A stretch of 63,651 nucleotides of DNA, filler included, from Octopus bimaculoides (GCF_001194135.2; 7 parts of 6 records of this genome joined end to end with filler, not necessarily neighbours in it), one strand, 5' to 3'; shown: positions 26,351-40,822, numbered from the whole stretch's first letter. Made by a program: numbers and translations. The notes: a model not told the origin generated them from the letters alone.

Positions 26351-27011
26351 CAATTACAGGTAATTTGCGGTTCATGCTATGTTTCGTAGAGGTTTTCAGA
26401 CCTGTATAAAACCAGATCAGGGCCCGTGTTTTGGTCCATAAGTATCTTCCTATTCCTAAACATTACGTCATTCTGCACTCTGGTCATATCAATTATTACA
26501 AATGAAGATCTCGTATTACAGAACTTCCAACCTAAATAGCAACAACCAGCTGCTCTGTCACGCTTGTGTAGACATTAAAGTGCTGTTGCTTTTTTTGTCT
26601 TGTTTCGTTTGGTGATATTGTTGTCTGTATTTATGCTTTTAATAGGATTGTACTTGTTTACTTATAATATATACGTAATATATACATATTATACATAACA
26701 CGTACAACAATCTACCCCTTATACACATCGTAAACTCCATATATAGACATGCTAAATTGTTTTGTGTGTGTGTGTTGCAAGCAAAAGAAAAGAAAAAAAA
26801 AGCCACCCGAAATGCAGCATTCTTCAGACAACATTCTTTTCTATTTTTCTCTCTTTTTTTTTTTTTTTTTTTTTTTAAAACTAAATTGTTTCACGTGCCA
26901 TCGTATTTTCTCGACCTGCTGGAAATACCACCGAAGTCAAAACATCTCCAGAAACAAACAAAAAATAAAACACAAAGAATAAATTATATAATGTAGCTTT
27001 TATACATACTA

Positions 27012-27175
27012 AGGTGCAGACATGGCTCTCTGGTTAAGAAGCTCGCTTCGCAACCACGTGATTTCCGGTTCAGTCCCACTGCACAACACCTTGAGAAAAG
27101 TGCTTTCTATGATAGTCTTGGGCCGACCAATGCCTTGTGAGTGAATTCGTTTCAAAGAAACTGTGGACGCCCGTT
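27012..27175 (+). mobile_element. Diverged family-A SINE head
   Basis: AGGTGCAGACATGGCTCTCTGGTT...GGTTCAGTCCCACTGC...GGGCCGACCAATGCCTTGTGAGTG. Confidence 0.7.
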
Positions 27176-27747
27176 TTTATATTTAAATGCCTGTGCAAAA
27201 AAAAAAAAACAACCCCAAAACACCTGATATAATCACAATATTTCAAGAAAGATTTTCTTAAAAGTTATTAAAATATTTGTTTTTGTTTCAAACACAGAAT
27301 GTCACAAACCTTTTAGAAAGAAGTCTTCGCGTGGTGACCCTTTGGTGCCAAGGGCTTTCCTCATTTAACTGTTCAGATGTGTTATGCGTTAATCCATATA
27401 TAGGAAAAATACTTTTGAAATGGTTAATAACTTATCAGAAAATCTGTCTTTATATATGTATATATATATATATATTAGTCACCAGAAGTTGTCTGTTGGA
27501 TCAGGGCTGACGTTGGGCTCATCAAAAGCAACAGACCCACAATAAAAAAAAAGTCGATTTATTGAGGTATTTCTTGACAGTGAACTTTTGGTTCACTCAG
27601 CTGTTATCTAAGACATCTATGTCTGAAAGCTTACATTTCTCTAACTGCAGATGTTGTGTAATATAAAGAAAGGTATTAACTGAAGTTCTATTGACTGAAG
27701 TTCTATTGACTGTTTTAGAAATTATTATTATTATTATTATTATTATT

Positions 27748-28232
27748 GCCTTTGCACAGCTTCCAACGCTGGAGATGTGCTACAGTGTCAGCTGTTCACT
27801 ACCAATGAACTAAGGTAACACCTCTTATTTTTCGAGCACATTCCGGAGTATTCGGGCGGTTCCAAGCAGTGCTGTTTTCTGCAAGTGCTCCACCCTTATT
27901 GCAGCCCCCATTTGTTCCATGTACTTCTCAAGATTTCTACTCACTGTTCCCAGGGCTCCGACAATTATTGGTACTACTACCACCTTTTTCATCGGCCACA
28001 ACTACTTAATCTCCCAAGCTAACTTGTCATACCTATCGACTTTTCTTTCTTCCTTATCGCATACCTTGTTGTCAGCTGGGCATGCTATATCTATGATCCA
28101 GCATAGTTTGTTTTCTCTCTCAATTAAGACTACGTCTGGCTTCCTATTCTCTGTCTCATGATCGCACTGAATCATAAAATCCCACAAGATCTTTGCATTA
28201 TCATTTTCGATAATGCCTTCGGGTTTGTGGTC
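27748..28232 (-). mobile_element. 5'-truncated R4/Dong-like LINE 3' end (RLE plus UTR) with (TAA)n on both sides
   Basis: DHKPEGIIENDNAKILWDFMIQCDH...RKPDVVLI...IIDIACP; TAA repeats at 27721-27747 and 28233-28305. Confidence 0.85.
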
Positions 28233-28504
28233 ATTATTATTATTATTATTATTGTTGTTGTTGTTGTTGTTCTTGTTGTTGTTGTTGTTGTTGTTATTAT
28301 TATTTCTCAATAGACATGTGTATGTATGTGTGTGCGTGCGTGTAAGTATATATATAAATTCCGTCAGATAACTCCGTGCTAAGTCTATGAAAATGGCTCA
28401 ATAGAACTCAACAAGGGATAGAATAATATATCTAAAATATATAACGATATATACATAAAGTCAAAAGCATGGAACAGCACATCTAAAGATGAGTGGGTTT
28501 AGAT

Positions 28505-28794
28505 TAGTGGTTCCCAATCTTTTTCGGGCTGCCGGCCCCTTGACATCAAGGCCGCATTCCTAGCGCTCGCACCCCAACTAACCATCACAAGTGTAGACCT
28601 CTTTCTGAAGCAAACTCAAAGCAACTGTATTGCACAAATAAAACTTAGCCTAATGTACCCATTATCGCTAACCCATTATCACCCAACTTTTTACATGAAC
28701 TGTTACTCCATTATTACTCCAGTCTTCTTCAACGTCCCCATAGAAATTTCCACCGCCCGCAAGGGGGCAATATCGCCCACTTTGGGAACCACTG
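28505..28794. mobile_element. hAT (Buster/Charlie-type) MITE, 290 bp
   Basis: TIRs TAGTGGTTCCCAA / TTGGGAACCACTG; 8-bp TSD GTTTAGAT/GTTTAGAC with central TA. Confidence 0.85.
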
Positions 28795-29989
28795 GTTTAG
28801 ACTTTCTTCGAGTCTAAACCCCTTCATCCTTAAAGATTTTCTATGTTTAAAAACACTGCATGCTCCAAATACATCAGCAAGCTTACAGACACCGGTGTTT
28901 TCCATGTAATGTCGCCTCAGTGACAGTCGTCACTTCTGTCATTTGGAGCTAACCGAGACTTCTACCTCTATGCAAATTTCCTAGGGCATAATTGTGTTCT
29001 TGTCTTCTTTGTATACGTTCAAGTATTTCATACAGGGTAACTGCTTTCCTGATGACATCTACTGAGGCAGAAACATATGTTAATAGATGTCTTTTGTATC
29101 TAGACAATCAGACTGTCATTTATTTAATGCTATGTAAATTATGAAAAAAAAATACTTGATTTCTGAGATTATCTCTCCTTCTCATTTGGGGTTTGTAGCA
29201 ACTGACACCAAGTGATGGATTGCTCTACCTTCTCTGGAGGCAGAGATAATGTCTAGTTAAAATGAAGAGTTTATTTTGTATGATATTAAATCGTTTACAC
29301 GCACTCGCACGCACGCACACACACACATACACACACACACACACACGCAATATTTATTTAATGTCATCTGGGTAATAACCTCATAAGGTGCATTTAGAAG
29401 CACCTATACAGTTATCGGCCACCATATGCCAATATGCAGCAGGATTACTCCTTTTACTGGATATATACGCGGAAGCCTATTAGTGTACGTAATGTACAGA
29501 AATGCTTGTAATGATTTGTGATCATATCCTGTTCACTCCATGACCTAGAAGCTGACTCACCTAAACAAACACACCTAAGTACAAAGGTTTAAAATCTGAA
29601 CTTTAGCCTTCATAAATCACTCATTATAATTCAAATAAAACAAACAACAACTACACCTAGTAACGCTCTTGCTGACCAGAAAACTCCTTCCACGTATATA
29701 CATTCTTAGGAGGACTCCTAGAAAACAGCCTTGTTACCTGAATCTGACACACCTAAATAGACACACATTGTTACAAACATCTACTTCCATGGATAAATGC
29801 TCAACAATAACACAACCCCCAGATTTTATCAATAGAAATACTCCATAACACCTCTCCATAACAACCTACCCTGCAGCTTAATTATCATTCAAAAGAACTC
29901 CACCTACCCCAGAAAAACCATGGGTTTACAATATGGAATTGTGATGAACCATAACCTTTGACCTAATCATAAGAATACTTGGAGTTCAT

Positions 29990-30345
29990 CACTAAACAAG
30001 TGCTGTGTGCCGTGCATCTGTACTGACATCGTTCCTTTACTCATGTGAGATATGAACCCTTTACAAACGTCATGTAAGGGTCCTTGAACGCTTTCATCAG
30101 AGATGTCTCAGGCACATTCTCAATGTTGGCTGGACCTCAAAAATCTCAGACACACAGGTCCTGAGGACAGCTGATATCTTGAGTATTGAGGCAATGGTGC
30201 ACAAGTACCAGTTACGTTGGACTGAACACCTTATTAGAATGAAGGATAGCAGGATCCCTTAGCAGATGGTATATGGGGAACTTGTGAATAGAAAGAGACC
30301 TCGGCAGAAACCAAGGCTGCGATTTAAGGACTGTGTCAAGTCCTC
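29990..30345 (+). mobile_element. RTE-clade LINE fragment (post-RT region)
   Basis: SVLTSFLYSCE..TLYKRHVRVLERFHQRCLRHIL...QLRWTEHLIRMKDSRIP*QMVYGEL...KPRLRFKDCVK. Confidence 0.8.
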
Positions 30346-30373
30346 ATATGTATATATATATATATATTTTTTT

Positions 30374-30451
<78 letters not shown>

Positions 30452-30593
30452 CCCAAAATGTATTCGTTTGTTGTGTGTCAGTCTGTGATGTTGAGTATTT
30501 GCGTGGGTTCAGAAAAGAAAGTAAAAATCAAAGTTTCCTTCTCCCTCTTCGTCCTCCTTCTCCTCCTCATCTTCATCATCGTCGTTGTCGTCG

Positions 30594-30624
<31 letters not shown>

Positions 30625-31335
30625 TGTCGTCATAGTCGTCAATGTCTTCGTCGTCGTCGTCATTATTCTTCATCTACAACCACTCTCCTCCCCTCTCCCC
30701 TTCTCTCTCCCCTCCCCTCTCCCCTCCCCCTCTCTCTTTCTCTCTTCATCACTCACACATTCTTCTATTCTCCTCAAATAGTTACCGATTTAGTTTATCC
30801 CGATCAGAAAACAAAAATTATAAAATAAACAATTGAATAAAAAATATTTAAAAAATAGATCATCAAATTGGAAGATAGGGAGAAGGAGAGAGAGTGAGAT
30901 AGAGATAGAGAGAGAGAGTTGGAGATAGAGAGACAGGAAGAACCATTCAAAGAATGGCCATAAGAGTGAGGTCAGATATAATCTGGCATTTTTACAAGAC
31001 ATTTCCATCATCGCCAACGGCAGCACAATACAAGATTTACACATAAACAAGAGACGAAGCTAAAATTAGCTTTCTTTTTTCTATTAGAAGTTCTTAATAC
31101 AACAGTATAGATTCTAGAGGAGAAAGAGTGAGAGAGAGAGAGAGAGAGAGAGAGTTAAAGAGAGAGAGAGAGAGAGAGTTAAAGAGAGAGCATGAGAGAG
31201 AGAGAGAGAGAGAGAGAAACTTTGGTATTTCTGTGCAAACAGATCTGACGGTGAATATATGAAACGGTGGGGAGTGGCGGGGAGTAACAATACACACAAA
31301 CACACACCTACATTTATATACACCATATATACACC

Positions 31336-31392
<57 letters not shown>

Positions 31393-31644
31393 CTGTTTGT
31401 GGGTGATGTGTTTGCTTCTTATATTTTTTGCGTTACACGCTCGGGGATACAATGTGCACATATCCGTTGTCATATGTATGCGTGTGTGTATATACATACA
31501 TACATACATACACACAAACATACATACTTACACATACACACATATATATACGTATATATATGTATATATATCCATATGCGTGTGTGTGTGTTTGTATGTG
31601 CATGCATGTATATAGGAAAATATAAAAAGACATGCACACATACA

Positions 31645-31778
<134 letters not shown>

Positions 31779-32139
31779 TGCAAACAAATACACATGTTAT
31801 TTGTACACGTGTGTCTGTGCATACATACATATATATATATATGTGTGTACATATATCCATATGTGTGTATGCGTGTGTGTGTGTTTGTATGTGTATGCAT
31901 GTATGTAGGAAGATATAAAAACATGCCCACTTACATATGTATGTATGCATGTACGTATGTATGTATGTATGTATGTATCTATCTATCTCTACATATATAT
32001 TGAGAGAGAAAGAGGGAGAGAGAGAGAGAGAGAGAGATATGCAAAGAAACTCGCATGTCATACGTTTGTGTTTGTATGTGCGAATAGATTGAAGAGGCGT
32101 GCATACATACATACATACATTCATACGCACACACACACA

Positions 32140-32179
<40 letters not shown>

Positions 32180-32368
32180 GATGTATGTGTGTGTCTATAT
32201 AAGTGCATACATACATACATGCATACATACAAGCGTATATATACATATAAGCATATTTTAAGAATATACACATACCATCAAATGCACGGAACAATCCGCT
32301 TTTGAACGTACGTATATTTGCGGTTATGTACGTATGTGTGTGCATGCATGTGTGTGTGTGTACGTGTG

Positions 32369-32402
<34 letters not shown>

Positions 32403-33502
32403 CGTGAGTGTGCGTATGTGTGTGCGTGTTTTCGGTGGTTCTGCCTACATTGACGTATGCCTATCTGTTTACATAGAAGACAATGGTTTTCGTTAAATAC
32501 ACAATAAATAGACCCGGGTGGCGGGTGGGAGTCTCGATCAGAATTAGACAAGTGGCGGGTGTGATATAAGGGAGTTGAGNNNNNNNNNNNNNNNNNNNNN
32601 NNNNNNNNNNNNNNNNNNNNNNNNNNNNNNNNNNNNNNNNNNNNNNNNNNNNNNNNNNNNNNNNNNNNNNNNNNNNNNNNNNNNNNNNNNNNNNNNNNNN
32701 NNNNNNNNNNNNNNNNNNNNNNNNNNNNNNNNNNNNNNNNNNNNNNNNNNNNNNNNNNNNNNNNNNNNNNNNNNNNNNNNNNNNNNNNNNNNNNNNNNNN
32801 NNNNNNNNNNNNNNNNNNNNNNNNNNNNNNNNNNNNNNNNNNNNNNNNNNNNNNNNNNNNNNNNNNNNNNNNNNNNNNNNNNNNNNNNNNNNNNNNNNNN
32901 NNNNNNNNNNNNNNNNNNNNNNNNNNNNNNNNNNNNNNNNNNNNNNNNNNNNNNNNNNNNNNNNNNNNNNNNNNNNNNNNNNNNNNNNNNNNNNNNNNNN
33001 NNNNNNNNNNNNNNNNNNNNNNNNNNNNNNNNNNNNNNNNNNNNNNNNNNNNNNNNNNNNNNNNNNNNNNNNNNNNNNNNNNNNNNNNNNNNNNNNNNNN
33101 NNNNNNNNNNNNNNNNNNNNNNNNNNNNNNNNNNNNNNNNNNNNNNNNNNNNNNNNNNNNNNNNNNNNNNNNNNNNNNNNNNNNNNNNNNNNNNNNNNNN
33201 NNNNNNNNNNNNNNNNNNNNNNNNNNNNNNNNNNNNNNNNNNNNNNNNNNNNNNNNNNNNNNNNNNNNNNNNNNNNNNNNNNNNNNNNNNNNNNNNNNNN
33301 NNNNNNNNNNNNNNNNNNNNNNNNNNNNNNNNNNNNNNNNNNNNNNNNNNNNNNNNNNNNNNNNNNNNNNNNNNNNNNNNNNNNNNNNNNNNNNNNNNNN
33401 NNNNNNNNNNNNNNNNNNNNNNNNNNNNNNNNNNNNNNNNNNNNNNNNNNNCCTCAGTACAATTTGAATTCAGAACGTAAATGCTGAAATATTATCAAAT
33501 AT

Positions 33503-33732
33503 AAGCGGCGAGCTGGAAGAAACGTTAGCACGCCGGTCGAAATGCCTTGCGGTATTTCGTCTACCGTTACGTTCTGAGTTCAAATTCCGCCGAAGTCGAC
33601 TTTGCCCTTTATCCTTTCGGAGTCGATTAAATAAGTACCAGTTACGCACAGGGGTCGATGTAATCAACTTAATCCCTTTCTCTGCCCTTGTTTGTCCCTC
33701 TATGTTTATCCTCCTGTGGGCAACAAAGATAT
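33503..33732 (+). mobile_element. SINE family B, full length, with a perfect 16-bp TSD
   Basis: TSD AAATATTATCAAATAT at 33487-33502 and 33733-33748; GCGGCGAGCTGG head and GAGTTCAAATTCC B box. Confidence 0.9.
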
Positions 33733-34057
33733 AAATATTATCAAATATTCCAGGTTAGAATTCCACAATTTTTGCCTTGTATGCTTCTGTTGACATTAAT
33801 AACTATTTTGCTTGAATATTCCAAGTTCTAAAGTTCCTGTTGATGCCTTGATGATTACTTAATGAGATACAAATTCTCTACAGGGTCCAAATAGGTTCTC
33901 CCTTTTCTGTGTCTAAAAGGAATCGTTTCTACCAGCAGGCAATGTCCATACAAAGCTTCTTAAACCAAAGACTCTTTAAAGCCCTTCTTTTAATTAAATT
34001 TACCATTTCCATAACTTGATCTAAAACTTATTTCTCAATATTTTTATAAGCCGGAAT

Positions 34058-34230
34058 GCGGCGAGCTGGCAGAATCGTCACCGTGCCGGACAAAATGTTT
34101 TGCAGCATTTATTCCGACTTTACGGGGTTGACATCACCTTTCTATAAAGTAAGTACCACAGGGGTCGATGTGATCGACTTATCTCCTACCTTCAGAATTT
34201 TTAGTCTTGTGTCAAAAATTTGAAATCGAT
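34058..34230 (+). mobile_element. Diverged SINE family B
   Basis: GCGGCGAGCTGGCAGAATCG...AAGTACC..GGGGTCGATGTGATCGACTT. Confidence 0.7.
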
Positions 34231-34239
34231 ATTTTTATA

Positions 34240-35135
34240 CTCCAGCCGGACTCTGGAGAAAGCAGATTTGTAATTCTTTTCATGCAGCCTGCCATGGATG
34301 GCGATAATACAAAAATAGCCAACACGTGACTTCTATGATAATTTCCCAATCTTCAAGGCAGCAATTTATAATATGAAAAATTTGCTTCATCTTTTGTAAT
34401 GTTTGGTGATTCTTGGAAACAAAAACACCGATTTCCTGTTTGATTTTTATCAATAAAACGAACGAATGCCAATAATTGCATTTTGCTGGTCAAGTATTTT
34501 GATTCTTTAACTTCCAAAACAAAATTGGAGTGGTGGAGCTTAACATGGCATACATTTTCCTGAATGTCAGCAGATAATTCCAAATCTATCAAGGAATCGC
34601 ATCATTTGAGAGAGGGATTTGAACTATTTCTTCTTTTGCTTGATCTCCTAGCATTGTTAACAAGCATTGTACACGCAAACAAAACGGATTCCACCAAAGA
34701 ATGAGATTTTATATTTTTTGTTCAACTATTTTAGTTATTTCATGAGAGCAATTGAAGTCATTCCAAAAACTGTTGCTAAACATAATTTTTTGTTTTAATA
34801 TTCGCCTCTTTTATTTGTCGTTCCAGCAATATTTGAATATTTGCAGAAAGATGTATTTGTCATTTAAAACTATTGTCAAGGTTTTAAAAATATATTTTTA
34901 AGAATATTATTATAATTTTAGAAATATTCTTTTATCATTATTTTGAGATGTACTTTAAATTAGTCTCATTCTTTAAAGAGCGATGACTTTAGTTTAAAAT
35001 GTCCCATGAAGTTGGTAGGAAGCAGTGATAGGCCTGTCATTCTATATCCACAAATCAAACACAATAGCGAACCTGATCTTTAATTCCAGTCCAAGAAAAA
35101 AGCAAATTTTAAAGAACTCTCATCGTATTTACAGT
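34240..35135 (-). mobile_element. Decayed hAT Buster-type (ZBED5/ZBED8/SCAND3-like) transposase
   Basis: Frameshifted blocks in the expected order: KYDESSLKF, LLCLICG (BED finger), KSHSLVESVL, TMLGDQAKEEIVQIPLSNDAI, LEVKESKYLTSKMQLLAFVRFI, PSMAGCMK. Confidence 0.75.
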
Positions 35136-35411
35136 TTGGATACGGCAATTTGCTCCATTTGAAGCTCATTATCGGATTCACACTGGCAAGAAATCTTGAA
35201 ATAAAACCGAATAATTACACATGCATACACATTTGTGCAAACAAATATTCATATACATATGTATACATACATACATACATACATACATACATACATACGC
35301 ATACACACACATACACACACATATATATATACATATATCTGTGTATATTTGTATAAATATACATATACAGTATATACATATGTACATATACATATTCATA
35401 CGTACATAGAT

Positions 35412-35450
<39 letters not shown>

Positions 35451-35499
35451 CTCTCTCTCACACATACGCACACACAAACACACATACACACACACACAC

Positions 35500-35542
<43 letters not shown>

Positions 35543-36045
35543 TTTAAATGTTGAAGTGAATCTGTGTTTTTGTGTGCTTTTAAATGGCTTATAAACACCT
35601 TCCACGCTGCAATTGTCAAGATTGCAGGGGAAGACACGTCTCAGTCATTAAAAATCACAAAGGTTCTTAACCTCAGGCACAGTTTATTATCAAGTGCCAA
35701 AATTTTCGTCCCACAAACTGCAACCTGCTCACTGACATGCGCGCGCGCGTGTGTTGTGCATTCCCCTTCATGTTATTGTATCGGTGTTGTTTGTTATGAG
35801 TCCGAAGTTTGAGCATTTTACAGAGTGTATATAGAAAAATCGAAAAAGTCATGTTCTTTAAAAGATATTTAGTTATACCATCCTACGTACGTTTCATTAA
35901 CACAATGTAATTATTAGTCACGTAATGTAATTTACATTATGCAACAAATAAATACACTGTGTGAGTGATACGCACTTAAAATGGTGTAACTAAATATCTT
36001 ATAAACAATGTTATCTCCACCCCTTCACTCTGTGTGTGTGCGTGC

Positions 36046-36107
<62 letters not shown>

Positions 36108-36781
36108 NNNNNNNNNNNNNNNNNNNNNNNNNNNNNNNNNNNNNNNNNNNNNNNNNNNNNNNNNNNNNNNNNNNNNNNNNNNNNNNNNNNNNNNNNNNNN
36201 NNNNNNNNNNNNNNNNNNNNNNNNNNNNNNNNNNNNNNNNNNNNNNNNNNNNNNNNNNNNNNNNNNNNNNNNNNNNNNNNNNNNNNNNNNNNNNNNNNNN
36301 NNNNNNNNNNNNNNNNNNNNNNNNNNNNNNNNNNNNNNNNNNNNNNNNNNNNNNNNNNNNNNNNNNNNNNNNNNNNNNNNNNNNNNNNNNNNNNNNNNNN
36401 NNNNNNNNNNNNNNNNNNNNNNNNNNNNNNNNNNNNNNNNNNNNNNNNNNNNNNNNNNNNNNNNNNNNNNNNNNNNNNNNNNNNNNNNNNNNNNNNNNNN
36501 NNNNNNNNNNNNNNNNNNNNNNNNNNNNNNNNNNNNNNNNNNNNNNNNNNNNNNNNNNNNNNNNNNNNNNNNNNNNNNNNNNNNNNNNNNNNNNNNNNNN
36601 NNNNNNNNNNNNNNNNNNNNNNNNNNNNNNNNNNNNNNNNNNNNNNNNNNNNNNTATGTATATATATGTGTGTGTGTATATATGTATATATATGTATACA
36701 TACATATATACTTATCTTTTGTATTCATAATTTTGGAGTATAATAAAACGAATTGAAGTGAGTAAATACGTCAAGTGACAA

Positions 36782-37003
36782 TCTGGATAATGCTTTGGTT
36801 TTCAGAAAAAGAAATCAACCAACTAACTCACACATTACAAATACAATCTGTAAGTGGAACAGTAAAAATATGCACAACTTTTCTCAAGTTTAAAATGTGA
36901 CATTGTTTCTCTTATCTTCATTGCAACAAAAAAACTTTGTATATTTGTTAGAAACTAGCTCCTTCCTCGGAGGAAGAATTTAAATAATTATAAGCAGAAA
37001 AGG

Positions 37004-37036
<33 letters not shown>

Positions 37037-37730
37037 ACGCATATTAGCTTCAATATAATATTATTTCAACTGTCTGCACTCACAGTAGCAACAACCCCAA
37101 TCACCACCACCACAACCACCACCACCACCATCATGAGCACCACCAATACCACCAACACCACCACCACAACCACCACCACCACCACAACCACCACCAACAC
37201 CACCAACACCGCCGCCGCAGTCGTGTCTAATGACAAGTGTACAACAATCGGAGTAATAAGGAAAGATGTCAGCTGGAAATCTGTTAAAGTCGAATCTATT
37301 ATGTTAATGTATTCAGTTAAAGTTGAATCTATTATGTTAATGTATACCGGTGTGTTAACTAAGAAAATATCGCACTGAGTGATTTCTTTTCAGCTTACAA
37401 TGAATCACTGAACGGTGTAAACTTTCACCATATATTGTATTGTACCTGTTGATTGTGTGTGTGTGTGTGTGAGAATGTGTGTATGTGTGTATACATATAT
37501 ACATACACATACAACAATGTCCATAGATTTATTTTAATCTATACATATGTAAGTATATTTTAAAATATGTATAATGTATGTGTCTATGTATGTACATACA
37601 TATGTACATACAAATATACATACATACACACGCATATATATACAGACATAATATATACATACTTATATATACATATACATATATGCATGTATGTATATAT
37701 ATATGTATGTATGTATATATATATTATATA

Positions 37731-37774
<44 letters not shown>

Positions 37775-37799
37775 CATATGTATGTATATTATATGTATG

Positions 37800-37846
<47 letters not shown>

Positions 37847-38280
37847 ATATGCAATATGCTTTTATATCTGACTCTATTTATCTTAGCTATCTTTATATAT
37901 TATTTTGTGAGTTTAAAAATATGTCTGCTTCCATTGTGTGTATGTATGTGAGTGTTTGTATGTATAAACAGTGTATGTATGTATAAATAGGCACATAGAT
38001 TTATATGCAGACGCACGTATGTGTGTATATGTATCTATATAATGTATCTGCGTGTGTATGTTTTCTCGCTTTCTTCAATTATTTAAAAGATCTTCCTCTG
38101 AGGAAGAAACTGGTTTCCAAAAAAGATTTAATGCTCCATCGTTGGAATGGAGGTAACGAAAACAATGTCATGTTTTAAACTTGAGGAAAGTCTTGCATAT
38201 TTTTACTGTTCCACTTACAGATTGTATTTGTAATGTGTGAGTTGGTCGATTTCTTTTTCTGAAAATCTAAACTTATCTAG
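36782..38280. repeat. About 205-bp inverted arms (36782-36989 and 38077-38280) around ~1.1 kb of simple repeats
   Basis: 36799-36907 is the near-exact reverse complement of 38161-38265; similarity continues inward through CTTCCTC(G/A)GAGGAAG. Confidence 0.85.
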
Positions 38281-38384
38281 TCTGGATAAATTGTTATTGG
38301 TATAATTACAAATTTGTAAAGTAGATATAGAAGTTGCAGGTTTCAAACCCTTATCCACTGTGATCCTTTTCTTTGATTTACAAA

Positions 38385-38715
38385 GAACTATTCACATCAG
38401 CAAGGCAGCTGGTGTATGTATGTATGTATGTTTGTTTGTATGTATGTATGTATGTATGTATGTATGCAGGATTTTTGTGGTTTTCGTCACTGTTTACAAT
38501 TTTGTTCCAATTGTTTTCAAATTTGGTATATGGATTAAGTTTTGTATACTTATTATGAAAATGAAATTCATTTTCTCTATAAATCCATAATTAAAAGGTT
38601 ATTAGCGTTTAAAATTTGCAAAATTTGGGTATTTTGACCAATCAGAAGCGAGTATTTTACGTATCACCGTGGCGAAAAACTCTTTCGATAGTAACCAAAG
38701 ATGTTGCGCATGCGT
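38385..38715 (+). mobile_element. Probable HINE-like element: 5' hairpin, (TATG)n, core; a related inverted copy lies at about 39260-39520
   Basis: ACATCAGC..GCTGGTGT hairpin followed by a microsatellite; GTCACTGTTTACAATT recurs inverted at about 39440-39455. Confidence 0.45.
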
Positions 38716-39474
38716 ACAAGGAGGAGAAGGAGATACGAGAAAGATAATCTTTTATTATAATGATACTCTTGTGTTTTTCCGTCACAACATATGAATGAGA
38801 AAGGAAGGGGTGATGGCAAACTGGTAGTGGGAGCGTTTCAATTCTGTGTGAGTATATGAGTGTGTATGTTAAAGGAGGTATGTGAATGACTGTGTGTGTG
38901 TGTGCAATGGAAGTGGGATGGTGAACATTCAACGCCGAAAAGAAAAATCAAACAGCGTTTCAACTCTAAAATACTACAAGTAGCCATTATTTTTGACGGC
39001 ACGGCGCCAGCTAGTTTATTTTATAAAATCATATTGTATTGCAAACTTTCGTTCTTAATTTTTTTTCAACTAATAAATGTCTGTTTTAAAGAATGTCTTG
39101 ACTGTTATTTCTAGCAACTCCTGTTGGTTTGTTTGTTCGTAGCTTTTAAATATTTAATTTGCTCGTGAATGTTTTAATGTTAACTTCATTCGTGTATATT
39201 TTAATGTTTTGACTATTATTTCTAGCAATGTTTTGACATGCCCAATGCCCCCCACCCCAGATGGTGAAAGAGGCAACGAACGCGCTGTTTTCTGATTGAT
39301 TGAAAATTCTGGAAATTATCAAACTTTGAACACCCGTAACATTTTCGCAAATTTTTTCAGGAATAAATGAATATCAAATTCGGATTCAGCGTCAAAAATT
39401 ACATCTATATGATACATTAAACAATTTTTTTAAAAGAGAATTGTAAACAGTGACAAAACCACAAGGATCCTGTT

Positions 39475-39506
<32 letters not shown>

Positions 39507-40674
39507 TGGATGGATGGATGTATGTGTGTGTGTATGTATGTATGGATGGATGGATGGATGGATAGATGGATGGATGTATGGATATGTGTGTGTATGTATG
39601 TATGTGTGTATGTATGTGTGTATCTATGTATGTGTGTATGTATGTATGTATATGTGTGTGTATGTATTATGTATCTATGTATGTATGTATGTATGTATGT
39701 ATGTGTGTGTATATGTATGTATTTGTGTGTATGTATGTGCGTATGTGTGTATGTATGTGTGTATGTATGTCTGTATGTATTCATGTGTGTATATGTATGC
39801 TTGTATGTATGTATGTGTATGTATGTGTGTATGTGTGTATGTGTGCGTAAAGTTGTGAGTGTAGAAGATCCGTCAGCAACACCAAACGCAATCCAAAATG
39901 GCTCGCGGTATTTCAGCTCTTAGCGTGCCTTAGTTCAAATGTTGTCTCCTGAGTCGAAGTACACCAAATGCCTTGCCATTGTTCCGTAGAGACGGAAGGC
40001 AGTTGTGAAAGCTGACCGCGGCGTCTGTCTACCATTTTGAGCTGATGACCCGTCATCTCATCATAGTCATGGATACAGGATCTCCGAAGGGCATGGAATA
40101 TGTGTCTTTTTAAATACGAAACAGAATTACAAGACAGTAACTGCTAAGGTTGAAGAAGACTTGGAAACATCCTGGACAACAAGGAAGCTATAGTATATTA
40201 TATATCTGTGTTTGCGTGTGTATAATATATGTGTATTAGCATATAAGTGTGTGTGCGCGTGTGCGTGTGCGTGTGTGTATGCTTGTGTGTGTGTCTGCAT
40301 GTCTGTATATCTGTATACACATGAATGTGAGAATATGTTTATATATATATAGTTATGAATGCATGTATATATATGAGTGTGTGAATATATATGTAAATAT
40401 AAACACACATGCATACATGCATACACATATAAACAGTGTCACAACATTATTTACATGTACATATATACCTACAAATATATATATATACGCATACATACAT
40501 ACATACATATATACATAATTGTATACATACATATATATGTACATATATATATACACACATATATATATGTAAATACATAGATATATTTTTATGTACGTGT
40601 ATAAATACACATACACACACATAAAATCAGTGTATTTGAATGTTTGTCTAAGGGTTCATTAATATATACACCTG

Positions 40675-40711
<37 letters not shown>

Positions 40712-40788
40712 CATATATATGAATATATACATATATATATATATACGCATACACACAGTCATATTCATTCACACAATGCATATATATT

Positions 40789-40822
<34 letters not shown>

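Noticed and set aside
34353-34592. 79-aa ORF as a host exon
   Set aside because: It is explained as one frame of the decayed Buster transposase.
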